Made by a program: the position numbers and the translations under genes. A stretch of DNA of 63,969 bases, counting the filler, from Chrysochromulina tobinii (lineage: Eukaryota), in assembly GCA_001275005.1 (NCBI GenBank). It is 8 parts of 8 records of this genome, joined end to end, with 100 filler letters (N's around TTAATTAATTAA, not from the genome) between each part and the next. Parts side by side here need not be neighbours in the genome. Positions count along the whole stretch, not along the records: positions 30,632 to 38,715 come from JWZX01000446.1; positions 38,816 to 50,870 come from JWZX01000448.1; 6 more parts are not named here. One strand, 5' to 3'. Below the pieces are notes generated by a model. The model did no database searches. It saw only the letters and a program-made list of their open reading frames with translations, and was not told where the DNA came from. Positions 30,632 to 41,800 of the stretch are shown here, in pieces (the stretch's first letter is position 1; the number at the start of each line of letters is the position of its first letter).

Positions 30632-33430
30632 GGCCGATGTGGCGGCCAATGGCCCGGCGTCCGCCGCGCCTACATCCCGTCCCGATGGTATCGATCCGCA
30701 ACCGGTCGTTGGCGCACCGCCGGTGGCATTGCCGGCCGCCGCCGCGTCTGCCTCGTCCCTCAGTGCTGCCTCTTGCAGCGCCTCGTTCCAAAAGGAGGAT
30801 GCGCTGACGAACCCGACGAACCCGACGACCGCGGAGGCTCTGTTGGCTGACGTCGAGGCGTTCTTGCAAGAGGGCACCTCGAGTGCGCTCAGAACGGCGC
30901 CCGTGTGCACGAGCCCAGCGGCTCCAGCGGCTCCAGCGGCGGCTCCAGCGGCTCGGGGATGGAGCCGTCCGCTAGCGGCGGCTCCGTCAGGGACAACACC
31001 GCAGCCACAGCCGTCACGGCTCGCGCCGCGCAACCTGTCCGCCATCCTCGGACTTGCTCCCGAGGAGGCGGCGGCCATCGCCAGCGCGCCAGGAGCAAGT
31101 GCTCACTACAGCGCGCCGTCCCGTCCGCAAGTGATCCACTCGCCACCGCGCTGTAGTGAGCACTCGCCTCCGCGCTGTAGTGAGCACGTGCCCCATCCGC
31201 AAGTGATCCCGTCGTCGCCGCCTCGCGCCGCCGCTGCGCCCGCCTCGGCGGCCTCTCGTGGGCGCGTGGTGGCGGGCGCGTGGGAGCGGCGGCGGCAGGA
31301 GCTCGAGGAGCTGGGGCGCCTACAAGGAGCGTCCCTCGAGCGACAGCCGCACGACCTTCACTTTGAGCACCAGCCGCCGCCGCACCAGCCGCAGCCGCAG
31401 CAGCTCGAGGAGCAGCTGCTGGGACTGCACCAGCAGCAGCAGCTGGAGCTAGAGCTCCAACAGCAGCAGCAGCGCCAGCAGCTCCAGCAGCAGCAGCTGC
31501 AGCAGCTGCTCCAGCTCCAGCAGCAGCCCCAGAAGATCCAGCAGCGCGAGCAGCTCGCCCTCCAGCAGCTCCAGCAACGGCAACGGCAGCAGCTGGAGCA
31601 GCAGCAGCAGCGCCAGAGGCAGCAGCTGCAGCAGCAGCAGCAGCAGCAGATACAGCAGTTGCAGGCCGAGTTCCAGCAGCTGCAGCAGATCCAGATGCCG
31701 ACGTCGCTGCTCGGACCCTCGCTCGTCACTTCGAGCAGGTGGAGCGCCCGTCCCGGCGCTCCGTGGGGGAATTCCGTCCGCGACCCTCCCTTTCCGACGA
31801 CAGCCTATGACAGGCCCCGCGACGCCGGCATGGGCTCGACGGTCGGTGCCCACCACGGCGCCTCGATGGGCTCGACGACCGGTGCCCACCACGGCGCGAT
31901 GGGCAGCGGCAGCTCGTCGGCGATGGATCGACGCGATCTCGGCGATCTGCCCAGGGCCGTGACGGGGCCGTTACTCTCTCCTCGTCGCCAGATGGAGGCG
32001 CAATGGGAGCCCTCGACAGCCGAGGTTGCGTCGTCGTGGAGCAAGGGGCTGCGTCCCGCCATCTCGCATCCGGGGCAGACGGCGTTCACCGCCGCTGCAC
32101 GGCCGACGGACTCTCCCTCTCGTTCGCGCGCCATCACCAAGTCGCTGGACGCCTCGCTCGCCACCTCCCTCAACGCCTCTCTCAACCCGTCCCTGCACGC
32201 TTCCCTCTTCCCCTCCATCAAACCTTTGCTCAACGCCTCCCTGGACGCCTCGCTCGCCGCCGCTTCCCTCGTCGCCTCAGTCGACCCCTCGTTCCATCAA
32301 ACCTCACTCAACGCCTCCCTCAACGGTGATCTCAACGGCTCCCTCGCCGCCTCCCACGGCACCGGCTCTTCTCTCGAGGCGTCGGCTGTGAACGTGAACG
32401 AGGCGTCGCCGTGGGCGTCCCCTCGCACCTCGCATCCATCGGAGCCGTCGGCTGTGAACGTGAACGTGGCGTCGCCGTGGGCATCCCCTCGCACCGCGCA
32501 TCCATCGGAGCCATCCAAAGACAAAGGACCGTGGCCGTGGACTGCGAGTCGGGGTCCCGACCCGCGCTCGCCTCTCCCCCCGAGCGGCCTCACACCCCAC
32601 CCCGCCCCCACACAAGCTCTCCCCTCCGCGAGCCAACTGCTCGCGCTCCATGCCGCCCAGTACAGTGCTATTTCGCCACCCTCTCTATTCGATCCCATCC
32701 CCCCTGTCATGCATCCGCGCGCGCCGCCACCGGCGGCACCGCCGGCGCCGTCAGCACACCCGCCGCACTACCTTGCCTCAACGGTCGTCGCTGTGGGCGC
32801 CGCAGCCGCCCCTGCCACCCTGCCGCCGTCACTCCCGCCGGCGAGCGCCGTGCCGAGCGCCGCGCCGAGCGCCGGCGACGTGTCGGAGCGCAGCCAGCTT
32901 GCGGCCGCCTTCCTCTCGATGCCGCATCGCTGCATGCTGCACCTCGCGCCCGAGACGGCGCCCATCCCCATCACTGTCGCTCTCGTCACCGTAGCCGGCG
33001 GCGGAAGTGCCGGCGCTGCGGGGCATGCTGCTCCCCCGGCCGCCGCCACGCCTGCCACATCGTGCAGTGCCATGCGAAAGGGCGGCGGCGGCGGCGCGGC
33101 GGTATTGGGGCATGGGGGTGGCCTGCCTCGTGGGCTTCGCTTGGCCAGCGCATCGGCGGTAGGCTCGCCGCCTCGCTCGCCACCGCCGCCGCTGCCGCCG
33201 CCGCCACCTCCGCCACCACCTCCTCCACCACCCCCTGCAGCACTCGCGCTCATGTGGACACGGCGCGCCGCGGATGCCCAAGACGACGCGACGAGCCTCG
33301 CGACGAGGTTGGGCATGAGCACAGGCACGATCGAGCTCTCGAGCATCGCGGGGCTGTGGCCCGAGGGGAGCCGCGTGCACTTGCTCGTGCGAGAGGCGGC
33401 GTCGCTCGTGCCGCAGCAGCAGCCGCAGCC

Positions 33431-33471
<41 letters not shown>

Positions 33472-34184
33472 TGATTCTCGACATGGGCGAAAGGGCCACG
33501 TGCGAGCTCTATTGCCGCTGCCTCGCGCTCGCGCATGCGCAGCCGAGCGGATGCCTCACTGCGCTCCTGCGGCTCGGCGACGATGCACGGGCAGGCAAGG
33601 AGCGCAACGCCCTATCGGCGCAGCAGCTAAGCAGCGCCGTCGTGAACCGCGCCGTCGTGAGCAGCGCCGTCGTGAGCAGCGCCGCCGTGAGCGCCAAGGA
33701 CACCTCAGCGTCGCCGACACGCCGAGCGCAGATGGTCGCGGCGGCATTTCGGCGCATCGACACCAACGGCGACGGACATCTCTCGCGGGCTGAGGTCATC
33801 ATCGCCTGTCGCACCGACGCCGAGGTGCGCGCATTGCTCCTCGGACGACTCGCGGCTGCATGCAAGTGCTCACCACGGCGCCCTCCCCTCTCCCCACAGG
33901 TGCGCGCACTGCTCGGGCTTCCACAGCACATTCGGCAGGAGGACGGCACAAGAGAAGCGTTCGAGAGGGTCTTCCAGCGCTTTGATGTCGACGACTCGAA
34001 GGGGATTGAGATGGATGAGTTCATGCGCGTCTTTGCGGATGAGGGACGCATCAAGAGCCTCGAGGCGCTCGATGCGATGCTCGCACAGCCCGAGCTGACC
34101 TCGGCATCCTCGACCTCCTCCGCCCGTGCCCCATCCGTCGTGCGCCCAAGGGACCCTCCATCCATCGGCTGCAGCCAGCAGTAA
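30632..34184 (+). CDS. Large low-complexity polyQ/Pro protein with C-terminal EF-hand pair; probable intron 33825-33899; 5' end uncertain
   Basis: FRRIDTNGDGHLSRAE and FDVDDSKGIEMDEF EF-hands; polyQ tracts; removing the 75-nt intron removes a duplicated VRALL. Confidence 0.75.
33825..33899 (+). mobile_element. Family-A introner-like intron; other members at 39913-40001 and 42851-42923
   Basis: Shared 3' cassette TGCATGCA[A/T]GTGCTCACCAC[G/A]GCGCCC...pyrimidines...CAG in three introns on two contigs. Confidence 0.8.
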
Positions 34185-34548
34185 TAACGATCGTCTTCGC
34201 AGTGCACTAAGCTCCCCTCAGCGTTCAGAACGGACTACCTTCCAAGTTCAGCACCCGACGTCTCCAATGCTACGCAAATCAATACCAACCGCCGTAATCC
34301 GAATGTCTGTGGTGGTTGCTGCTGCTGGGTGTCCGTGTGGCGCGTGTGTAGCTCTGTAGACCGTCGGGTTTGTTGGCACGAGCCACCGAGACGCGAGAGC
34401 CGCACGCAGCGGGCGCGTGACCCGGGCCTGACCCCGTGTGTCGTGTCGCGTAGTTTGCGAAACGTTACCGCCGCGTGATCGTACGCTTCCGTGATATATC
34501 ATCATTTCATACAACTTACTCGTCCGTCCGCAGCACGCCTTGAAAGCT

Positions 34549-34962
34549 TCATAGCTTCATGCCTCGCCCGTCGCCACCAGCGCACTTCGGGCTCGCAGGC
34601 ACGGCGTTGCTATCTTGCCATTCTTGTGGCGTCTTGGCGGTCGCCACGGAGAGCGAGTGAAAGGGCAGCACCCCTTGCGGGTCGCAGAGTGCAGCGTTCA
34701 CCGCGCGATGGCGCGCGAGCAGCCGTTGGCCAGCAAAACGCTCCGACACGACCACCACTTTGAAGTGCGACTCGTCCTCCTTGCGGCCGTGTGACTCGTT
34801 GATCACCTCGAGATACGTCGGCTCGAAGACGGACTGCAGCCGCTGCTCTATGGCGTGCTGCCGTGGGCCAGCAAAGGCGGCGAGCGCGCGGTTTCTTTGA
34901 TGGGCCGGAGAGAAGAAAATGATGGGCCGGAGGCCCGAGGCGAGCGCTCGATGTAGCAGCAT
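34549..34962 (-). CDS. bolA: BolA-family protein with probable organellar targeting peptide
   Basis: LEVINESHG..ESHFKVVVVSERFAG.RLLARHRAVN...HSLS..AKTP.EW...SPKCAGG. Confidence 0.92.
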   Translation of the reverse strand: MLLHRALASGLRPIIFFSPAHQRNRALAAFAGPRQHAIEQRLQSVFEPTYLEVINESHGRKEDESHFKVVVVSERFAGQRLLARHRAVNAALCDPQGVLPFHSLSVATAKTPQEWQDSNAVPASPKCAGGDGRGMKL

Positions 34963-35256
34963 GCTGAGCTGCGAGGCGACAAATCGAGGGGTGTTGTGAA
35001 TGATCAGCTGGAAGACGCGATTTCGGTTGCGGAATCGATCCTCGAAACTACCAGAATCTGTGGAACTCTCGTGAAGATCACCTCGTGTGACTTTCTGCCA
35101 CACGACTCTTCGTGTGAACTTGAATGTGAACTTCTCTTCACTGTGTCCTGTTTCACTGTTAACAAGAAAGCCCACTTTATCGCGCGACTCTCGAGGCGGC
35201 CGACTCCTCGCGGCAACGCGGTGTCCGCCGGTGTGGTCTCTTTGTGCGACCACACA

Positions 35257-36030
35257 ATGAAGTTGCGCAGTCTCCCAGAGCAAACATACCTCACAAGTCC
35301 CGTCGTTGCAGTTGTGGTCTTCGCAGGCGTCGCAGCCATCGGTGTCGTTCTATATGGGCTGTACTTGCTGTTTTGTGATGGACGAGTGCGAAGGCGTGCC
35401 ACCAAGCGAGAGCCGCTCATCGTCCTCAGCTGGCCTCAGTTTGATGTACCTGCCGCGGCTGCGGCCGCGGCCGTATTTGAGCGTGCAGGCATGGGCTTCA
35501 GGCTCACTACGTTCGAGGGCGGGCGCACCGATCCTGATGGCGAGTCCCTCCAGAGTAAAGTCGCCCAGGCAGCGGCGAAGCGGATGGACCCGACGTGGAT
35601 GAAAGTGATCAATGCGGCCATTACGACGGCATCGTTGCCGAGCTGCTTCACGAAGCCGGAGTATCTGCCCAAGGTGATCTTTATCCCGGGCGGTGCACAT
35701 GCACTCAAGCAGCTGCGCGAGGTTGACCTGAAGGGCCCGTCGCCCTCCCGATTTTGCCGGGAGCTGCATGCGCTTTGTCTGGCGGTGCTCGACTCCGGCG
35801 GCGCCATCGGCGCGACGGGTCACGGCGCGCACGGCCTACCGCCCATCAACGAAGACTCGTCCGCACACAGCCGTAGGATCGTGGGCGAGCTCGATTCTTC
35901 GGCCGAGTGCACCGCGCACAAGCTCCTCGACGTTCTCGGCATTCCAGCAGAGGCGCCCTCGCAGGCGGCGGGGTCATCAGGGCAGCTCAAGAAGGGTGCC
36001 AGCACGTCTGCCAAGACTAAGGGAGCGTGA
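35257..36030 (+). CDS. Membrane-anchored DJ-1/PfpI (class I GATase-like) protein lacking the catalytic Cys
   Basis: N-terminal TM helix; IFIPGGAHA and AIGATGHGAHGL (consensus A(I/V)CHG). Confidence 0.65.
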   Translation: MKLRSLPEQTYLTSPVVAVVVFAGVAAIGVVLYGLYLLFCDGRVRRRATKREPLIVLSWPQFDVPAAAAAAAVFERAGMGFRLTTFEGGRTDPDGESLQSKVAQAAAKRMDPTWMKVINAAITTASLPSCFTKPEYLPKVIFIPGGAHALKQLREVDLKGPSPSRFCRELHALCLAVLDSGGAIGATGHGAHGLPPINEDSSAHSRRIVGELDSSAECTAHKLLDVLGIPAEAPSQAAGSSGQLKKGASTSAKTKGA

Positions 36031-36216
36031 TCGATAGGGTTGATCGTTCGACATCCCTCATCCGGCTCTTAGAGCTTTATGGGGTTAGGTATTTCGAGTA
36101 TGATAGACGGTCTGACAGCCGTTGTTCGCTTGAGCTTCCAAAAACTTCACAGAAGCATCCACAGCAGCATCCACAGCAGCATCCACACATGCTCTCAGTG
36201 CTCGAACAATCATTTT

Positions 36217-38280
36217 CTACAGCTCCAACACAAATCCACTCCGGTCCTTCACCGCGTCTCGCACTGCTTGTATCCCTGCATCTCCCATGATATTGCCACC
36301 AAGCCACAGCTTGGTCAGGACCGCGTTGACCTTCAGCGCCTCCGCGATCGCCTTGGCACCCTCATCCCCGATGGTGTTGTTCCGGAGGGAGAGGGTGGTC
36401 ACCACCGCGTTGACCTTCAGCGCCTCCGCGATCGCGATGGCTCCCTCTGGACCGATTCTGTTGGAGCTCAAGCCCAGGGTGGTCACCACCGCGTTGACCT
36501 TCAGCGCCTCTGCGATCGCACTTGCACCCTCTTCCCCGATGTCGTTGTGATCGAGGCGCAGCTCGGCCAGGGCCGCGTTGACCTTCAGCGCCTCCGCGAT
36601 CGCCTTGGCACCGTCAACGCTGATCTGGTTGTTGACCAAGTCCAGGATGGTCAGAGCCGCGTTGACCTTCAGTGCCTCCGCGATCGCCTTGGCACCGTCG
36701 CCGCCGATACTGTTGCGGTCCAAGTCCAAGAAGGTCAAGACCGCGTTGACCTTCAGCGCCTCCGCGATCGCGATGGCTCCCTCCGCACCGATCTTGTTCC
36801 CGCACAACTCCAGGACGGTCACCACCGCCATCAACTTCAGGTCCGACCCGATCAGGATTGTGTCGGCGGGTCGGAGGTTCCCGTTCGAGAAGTCGGCCTC
36901 CGTCTGGTCGCGCGTCATGCCCGAGAGCATGATACCCTTCTCCGCGCCGATCTTGGCAAGCATCGTGGCCGACTCAATGTTGAGCCCCTTCTTGATCACA
37001 TAGTCCAGTGCGCTCACCCCACGATCATCCCGGCAGGTAACGTCCGCCCCGCGCTCGAGGAGCATTGTGACGACTGCAGCGTGCCCTCCGTGCGCCGCGG
37101 CCATGAGCGCAGTCATGCCGCGGTCGTTGGCCTGGTCGATAAGCTCCGGCGTGTTGTCGAGGAGCGCCCGCGCCACCTCCAGCTTGTTCTCCCTGATCGC
37201 ATAGTCCAGAGCGCTCACCCCACGATCGTCCCGGCAGGTAACGTCCGCCCCGCGCTCGAGGAGCATTGTGACGACTGCAGCGTGCCCTCCGTGCGCCGCG
37301 GCCATGAGCGCAGTCATGCCGCGGTCGTTGGCCTGGTCGATAAGCTCCGGCATATTGTCGAGGAGCGCTCGAAGCTCGTCGATCCGCCCAAACTGCGCCG
37401 CTTGCACGTGCGGTACAACTTCGAGCATGCCTCCCACTGACGGCTCCACGGTCGGGAAGGGCCACAGCCGAATCTCGCTGTCGGCGAGATTCCCCGCACA
37501 GAGGCGCAAGGCCTCCTCCCGCCAGGCCTCCTTTCGCTTTGAAGCGATCACCACCGCGAGCTTCGGCGCCGGGCGCTCCCCAAACGCGCGCTGCACTACC
37601 CTGTCGACCTGGCGCCATCGGAGCCGCCGATGCCATTGGTTCACGACGGTTCTCGGCGGAAAGAATCCACCGTGCACCTCGCGGCAGTGAGGGTGCGCAT
37701 CGCGGCCACAGAGCTGAAAGCACAGCCAGCAGAACGCCACGTCGCAGCTGCTGCATTTCATCGCGATGCATCCGTCTGGATCCGGGTCGCAGAACACCTC
37801 GCAAGATGGGCAGCCGAGGTTCAGGGCCTCGTGGAGCTCTGGCTGTATCGACTCGGGGGTGCACTGCACTTCTCCCTCGCCCGGCGTCTCCGTCGTCTCC
37901 GGCGTCTCCATCGCCTCGAGGTAGAGCCGCAGCGCATCTCCAAAGAGGAGGGGCTCGACCATGCTGCGGCCAAAGGAGAACGCCTGCTGGTGGGCGCCGA
38001 GGCAGTCGAGGGCGCCATTCGAGCTGCGCAACTTTGCCGAGCCAGCGAGGCTGCAGATGTACCTTTGAAGGCATGCCGAGCAGATTAGGTGGCCCTCGGG
38101 GCAGGCGAGCCCGCGGAGCGTGCTGACCTCCTCGAGGCAGATGAGGCACAGTGCTCGCGTGGCGGCCGCTCCTTCGTGAGACAGCGTGACCTCCTCTCCG
38201 TCTCGCGCTCGCACGCGTATTTGCTCAATGTGTTTGGCCTTCTTCGCCCAGAACACGATTGTCGTGCTCGACAGGCTCAT
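36217..38280 (-). CDS. RING/RBR-like E3 ligase domains + ankyrin repeats + 28-aa ribonuclease-inhibitor-type LRRs
   Basis: CLIC..CPEGHLICSAC; CPSC...DGCIAMKC..C...FCWLC...H; GMTALMAAAHGGH x2; AIAEALKVNAVLT repeats. Confidence 0.87.
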   Translation of the reverse strand: MSLSSTTIVFWAKKAKHIEQIRVRARDGEEVTLSHEGAAATRALCLICLEEVSTLRGLACPEGHLICSACLQRYICSLAGSAKLRSSNGALDCLGAHQQAFSFGRSMVEPLLFGDALRLYLEAMETPETTETPGEGEVQCTPESIQPELHEALNLGCPSCEVFCDPDPDGCIAMKCSSCDVAFCWLCFQLCGRDAHPHCREVHGGFFPPRTVVNQWHRRLRWRQVDRVVQRAFGERPAPKLAVVIASKRKEAWREEALRLCAGNLADSEIRLWPFPTVEPSVGGMLEVVPHVQAAQFGRIDELRALLDNMPELIDQANDRGMTALMAAAHGGHAAVVTMLLERGADVTCRDDRGVSALDYAIRENKLEVARALLDNTPELIDQANDRGMTALMAAAHGGHAAVVTMLLERGADVTCRDDRGVSALDYVIKKGLNIESATMLAKIGAEKGIMLSGMTRDQTEADFSNGNLRPADTILIGSDLKLMAVVTVLELCGNKIGAEGAIAIAEALKVNAVLTFLDLDRNSIGGDGAKAIAEALKVNAALTILDLVNNQISVDGAKAIAEALKVNAALAELRLDHNDIGEEGASAIAEALKVNAVVTTLGLSSNRIGPEGAIAIAEALKVNAVVTTLSLRNNTIGDEGAKAIAEALKVNAVLTKLWLGGNIMGDAGIQAVRDAVKDRSGFVLEL

Positions 38281-38815
38281 GATGTGCTTTGCGAGCGCGC
38301 GAGCGCATAAAGTCGTGCTTGTTTTTCGCCTTTTCCCACTGTGTTCAGTTCAGTTCAGTTCAGTTCAGTATGCTTCTGTTAGGTTGTCTGTTAACTGAAC
38401 TCCCACTGCAGTGGACTGAGCAGTGGACCTTCAAAAGGCGAGCTTGGCGTTCAAGACGAGCACAACTTTGGCGCGAGGTTAATGATATCTGCTTTTTCGC
38501 CCCTGAAAAAAACAAGTACAAAAACAGACGACGCTCATACAGCAATACTGACCCGCCCGGCGGGCGTCGCGGGCGTCGCGGACGCGTCGTCGTGGCTCCC
38601 GGCGGGGCGACCGGCCGTCCCTAAGCCCTAAGCCGTCCCGCGACGACGACCGTGCGCCGCCGTTGGGCGTTGGCGTACGTTGGCGCGGCCCGGGCGGCCG
38701 CGGCGCGCGCGCGCCNNNNNNNNNNNNNNNNNNNNNNNNNNNNNNNNNNNNNNNNNNNNTTAATTAATTAANNNNNNNNNNNNNNNNNNNNNNNNNNNNN
38801 NNNNNNNNNNNNNNN

Positions 38816-41800
38816 CGGCGGCGGCGCACGCGCGGGTGTCGGACGCGCCACCCACGACGGCGCGAGCGCGCCCGACAATACGTGGTTGCTCAACACGGCC
38901 TTCGACGGCGACGACTCGTCGCTGCAAGTGCATGCGAATCCAAAGGCGGAGACGGGCTGTCAGGGGATCTTTTACCACCCGGCGATTGCGCACTATGGCG
39001 TGGTGGCCCCCGGGCAGGCCGACCTTGGCTACTACAAGGAGGTCAAACAGGCCGCCCTGGTCTTCTCGCGGTACGTGGCGGGGGTCGCAGCCGAGCTGGG
39101 CAAAAAGTACTCGTCGCGCCCGTGGCCTCGGGCCGAGAAGGACGATCGACGGTTCCATCGCATCTCCCTCGGCTCGTGCAAGGTCGACTCGACGCGCAAG
39201 GACTATGACAAGCGGATGGGCGCGGCGGTCGAGGTGGCCGAGTGGCTGTATGAGCTTATCGGGCACGTGGAGTCGTTCACCAAAACGGCGCTCGAGGACG
39301 GCAGCGCGACGACGACGGCCGTCACATCCACCACCGAGCCGGCAGAATTGTCGTCGGCAACGGCGCTCGTGCCCGCGGGCTCGCTCGACGTGGCCGACAC
39401 GGTGCCCGTCGCGCACATCGAGTCCATTGGCGACCTCAAGCAGGCGCAGGTGGTCGTGGCGGTGGCCGAGCTTCGGACCGGATACGAGGAGGTGAAGAAG
39501 AAAGGCAAGCTCAAGGATGACAAGGAGAAGAAGGAGAAGAAGATGAAGCCGGTGGTGCTCAACGACTATTGCGATCCGATCCTGAAGCTCGTCCCAGGCG
39601 AGCTCGTCGAGGTTCGTCAAAAGGACAATACCGGCTTCGATGGCGCGTGGTACATGGCCACGATCAAGGAAGTGCTCCCCAAGGGCACCGTGCGCGTGCA
39701 GTACACGAGCGAGCGTGTGGGCGCCCAGCCGGGCGCACGTGCGCCGGCGGCCGCCGCGTCGTCGTCGTCGGCGCCGATGGAGGTCGAGGGCGGCGAGGAA
39801 GATGTGAAGCGGCTGTGGAAAGGGACCGAAGAGGACGTCAAGATCTCCAACATACGTCCCGTGCCACCCGTGCTGACCGGAGAGAACGGGGCACCTCTCG
39901 AGCTCATCCCAGGTACGTTAATTGACGTTGATTGCCACTGTGGACCTGCCTTGCATGCAAGTGCTCACCACAGCGCCCTCGCCCCTCTCGGCTCCTCGCA
40001 GAGCATGCGAGCTCATTAGGGAACTGCGAGGCGGGTGACACCCTCGAGATGCACTACCTGGGCGGCTGGTGGCAGGTCGTCATGATTGTCAACCCGGTGC
40101 TGCAGGAGAAGCCCGCAGCTGCGTCCGCGGGCGCTCAGGACGGCGCGTCCGCGGGCGATGCCGAGGGCGCGCTCAGTACGGCGGCGGATGGCGCAGTCTT
40201 GGCGGCCGAAGGCGCGGCGGGCGGCGCGGAGGGCAAGCCTGGCGACAGGCGCAAGTCACTCTCGAAGGAGGAGAGGTATGAACGTCCGATGCCGCCGCTC
40301 GAGCTGCTCCGGAATGCAAAGTTCGCCGTCAAGGCGCTCAAATTCGTCAATGAGCACGACGAGGTGCCTGCCGCGGCGCTGCGTCCTCTCTGGGTGTGGA
40401 AGCGCAAGGGTGGCAACCAGCTGACGAAGCAGGGCAAGAAGAAGCAGTCCATGGGAGGCGCTCAGGACGGCGCTCATGAGGGCGCTCACGAGGACGGCGG
40501 CGCTCCGGGCGCGCAGGACGGCGCGCACGACGGCGCTCAGGACGGCGCGCAGGACGGCGCGCACGATGGCGCTCACGACGGCGCGGCCGAGGGCAGCGGC
40601 GACCTGAAAGAGGGTGACGTGCTCGTTGGCATGTGGGGCAAGTCGCGCGGGCGTGAGGGCAAGAACTTTTTCAAGGGCGGCGTGCCGGCCTTTGTGCCTA
40701 CGCTGCGCATGGGCGAGGCGAAGGCGGTGACGCTCACCCTCAAAGAGGCGATGCTGCTGCAGGAGCAGGCGCTGATGGCGGCGCAGCAGGAGGCGCTCGC
40801 TCAGCTCGGCGCCGCCGGCTATCGCGAGTCGGTGGTCCAGGGGGAGATGGTCGAGGTGCGCGCCGGCCTCGAGTTCGGCGAAGAGTTCGAGTCCTCCCGC
40901 TGGCTGGTCAAGATTCTGCAGTGCGACCCCATCAACCGACGGTGCGAGATCGAGTACGTGGACTTTGATGACGAGGAGACTCCCGGCAAGAAGCTCACCG
41001 ATTGGGTCGATTATTGGGCGGTGCGCCCGATACCCCCGAAGGGCGTGCAATTCGGTCTGAAGACGGCCTGGCTTCGCAAGCTCACGCCGGGCTCTTGCGT
41101 CGAGGTGCTCTACGCTCTCGAAGACCCTGATGAGCCAAAGGCCGAGAGTGCGGACGACCAGGGGGGCAAGGGCTGGTGGGACGCGGACTTGATCGGCATC
41201 TATTCCGAAGAGGTGATGACCACTGATGACCAATGACTTGATCGGCATCTATTCCGAAGAGGTGATGACCACTGATGACCAATGATGACCACTGATGACC
41301 ACTGATGACCACTGATGACCACTGATGACCACTGATGGCCACTGATGACCACTGATGGCCACTGATGGTCACTGATGACCACTGATTGTGCGGGCGCTCG
41401 CTCGAGTACTGCAGGGCAATGAGGAGCCACCCGACGCGCCACCGGGCCAGTTTGCTCCGGGCACCAAGCGGCAAGGCGGCGACGGTCGCACATGGGTCGT
41501 CAAGGAGAAGGGGCAGGCGACGATCTGGTACCCCGAAGGCGTTAAGGATTGGAAGCCTAAAAAGGCAGGTGACGATGGGGTCGTGTACCGGCTCAAGATC
41601 GTGCCGCATGGCACGCTGCTCACAGTGAGCGCGGCCGAATGCATGGCCAAGATGCGGCCGTGGTGGCTCTTTGACCGTTTCGGGTACGCGTTTGGGGCCA
41701 ACGGCTGGGAGCCCACCTTCTCTCGCAAGCAGGCGAATGCGCACAACCGGGACGCTGAGAGTGAGGAGAAGCGCCTCGCGTTCAAGATTGGCGAGATTCG

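Noticed and set aside
36079..37440. 453-aa plus-strand ORF, and similar long ORFs such as 4785-5957, 8342-9430, 46211-47389, 52321-53625 and 62798-63961
   Set aside because: Antisense or alternative-frame shadows of real GC-rich genes on the other strand; no domain motifs
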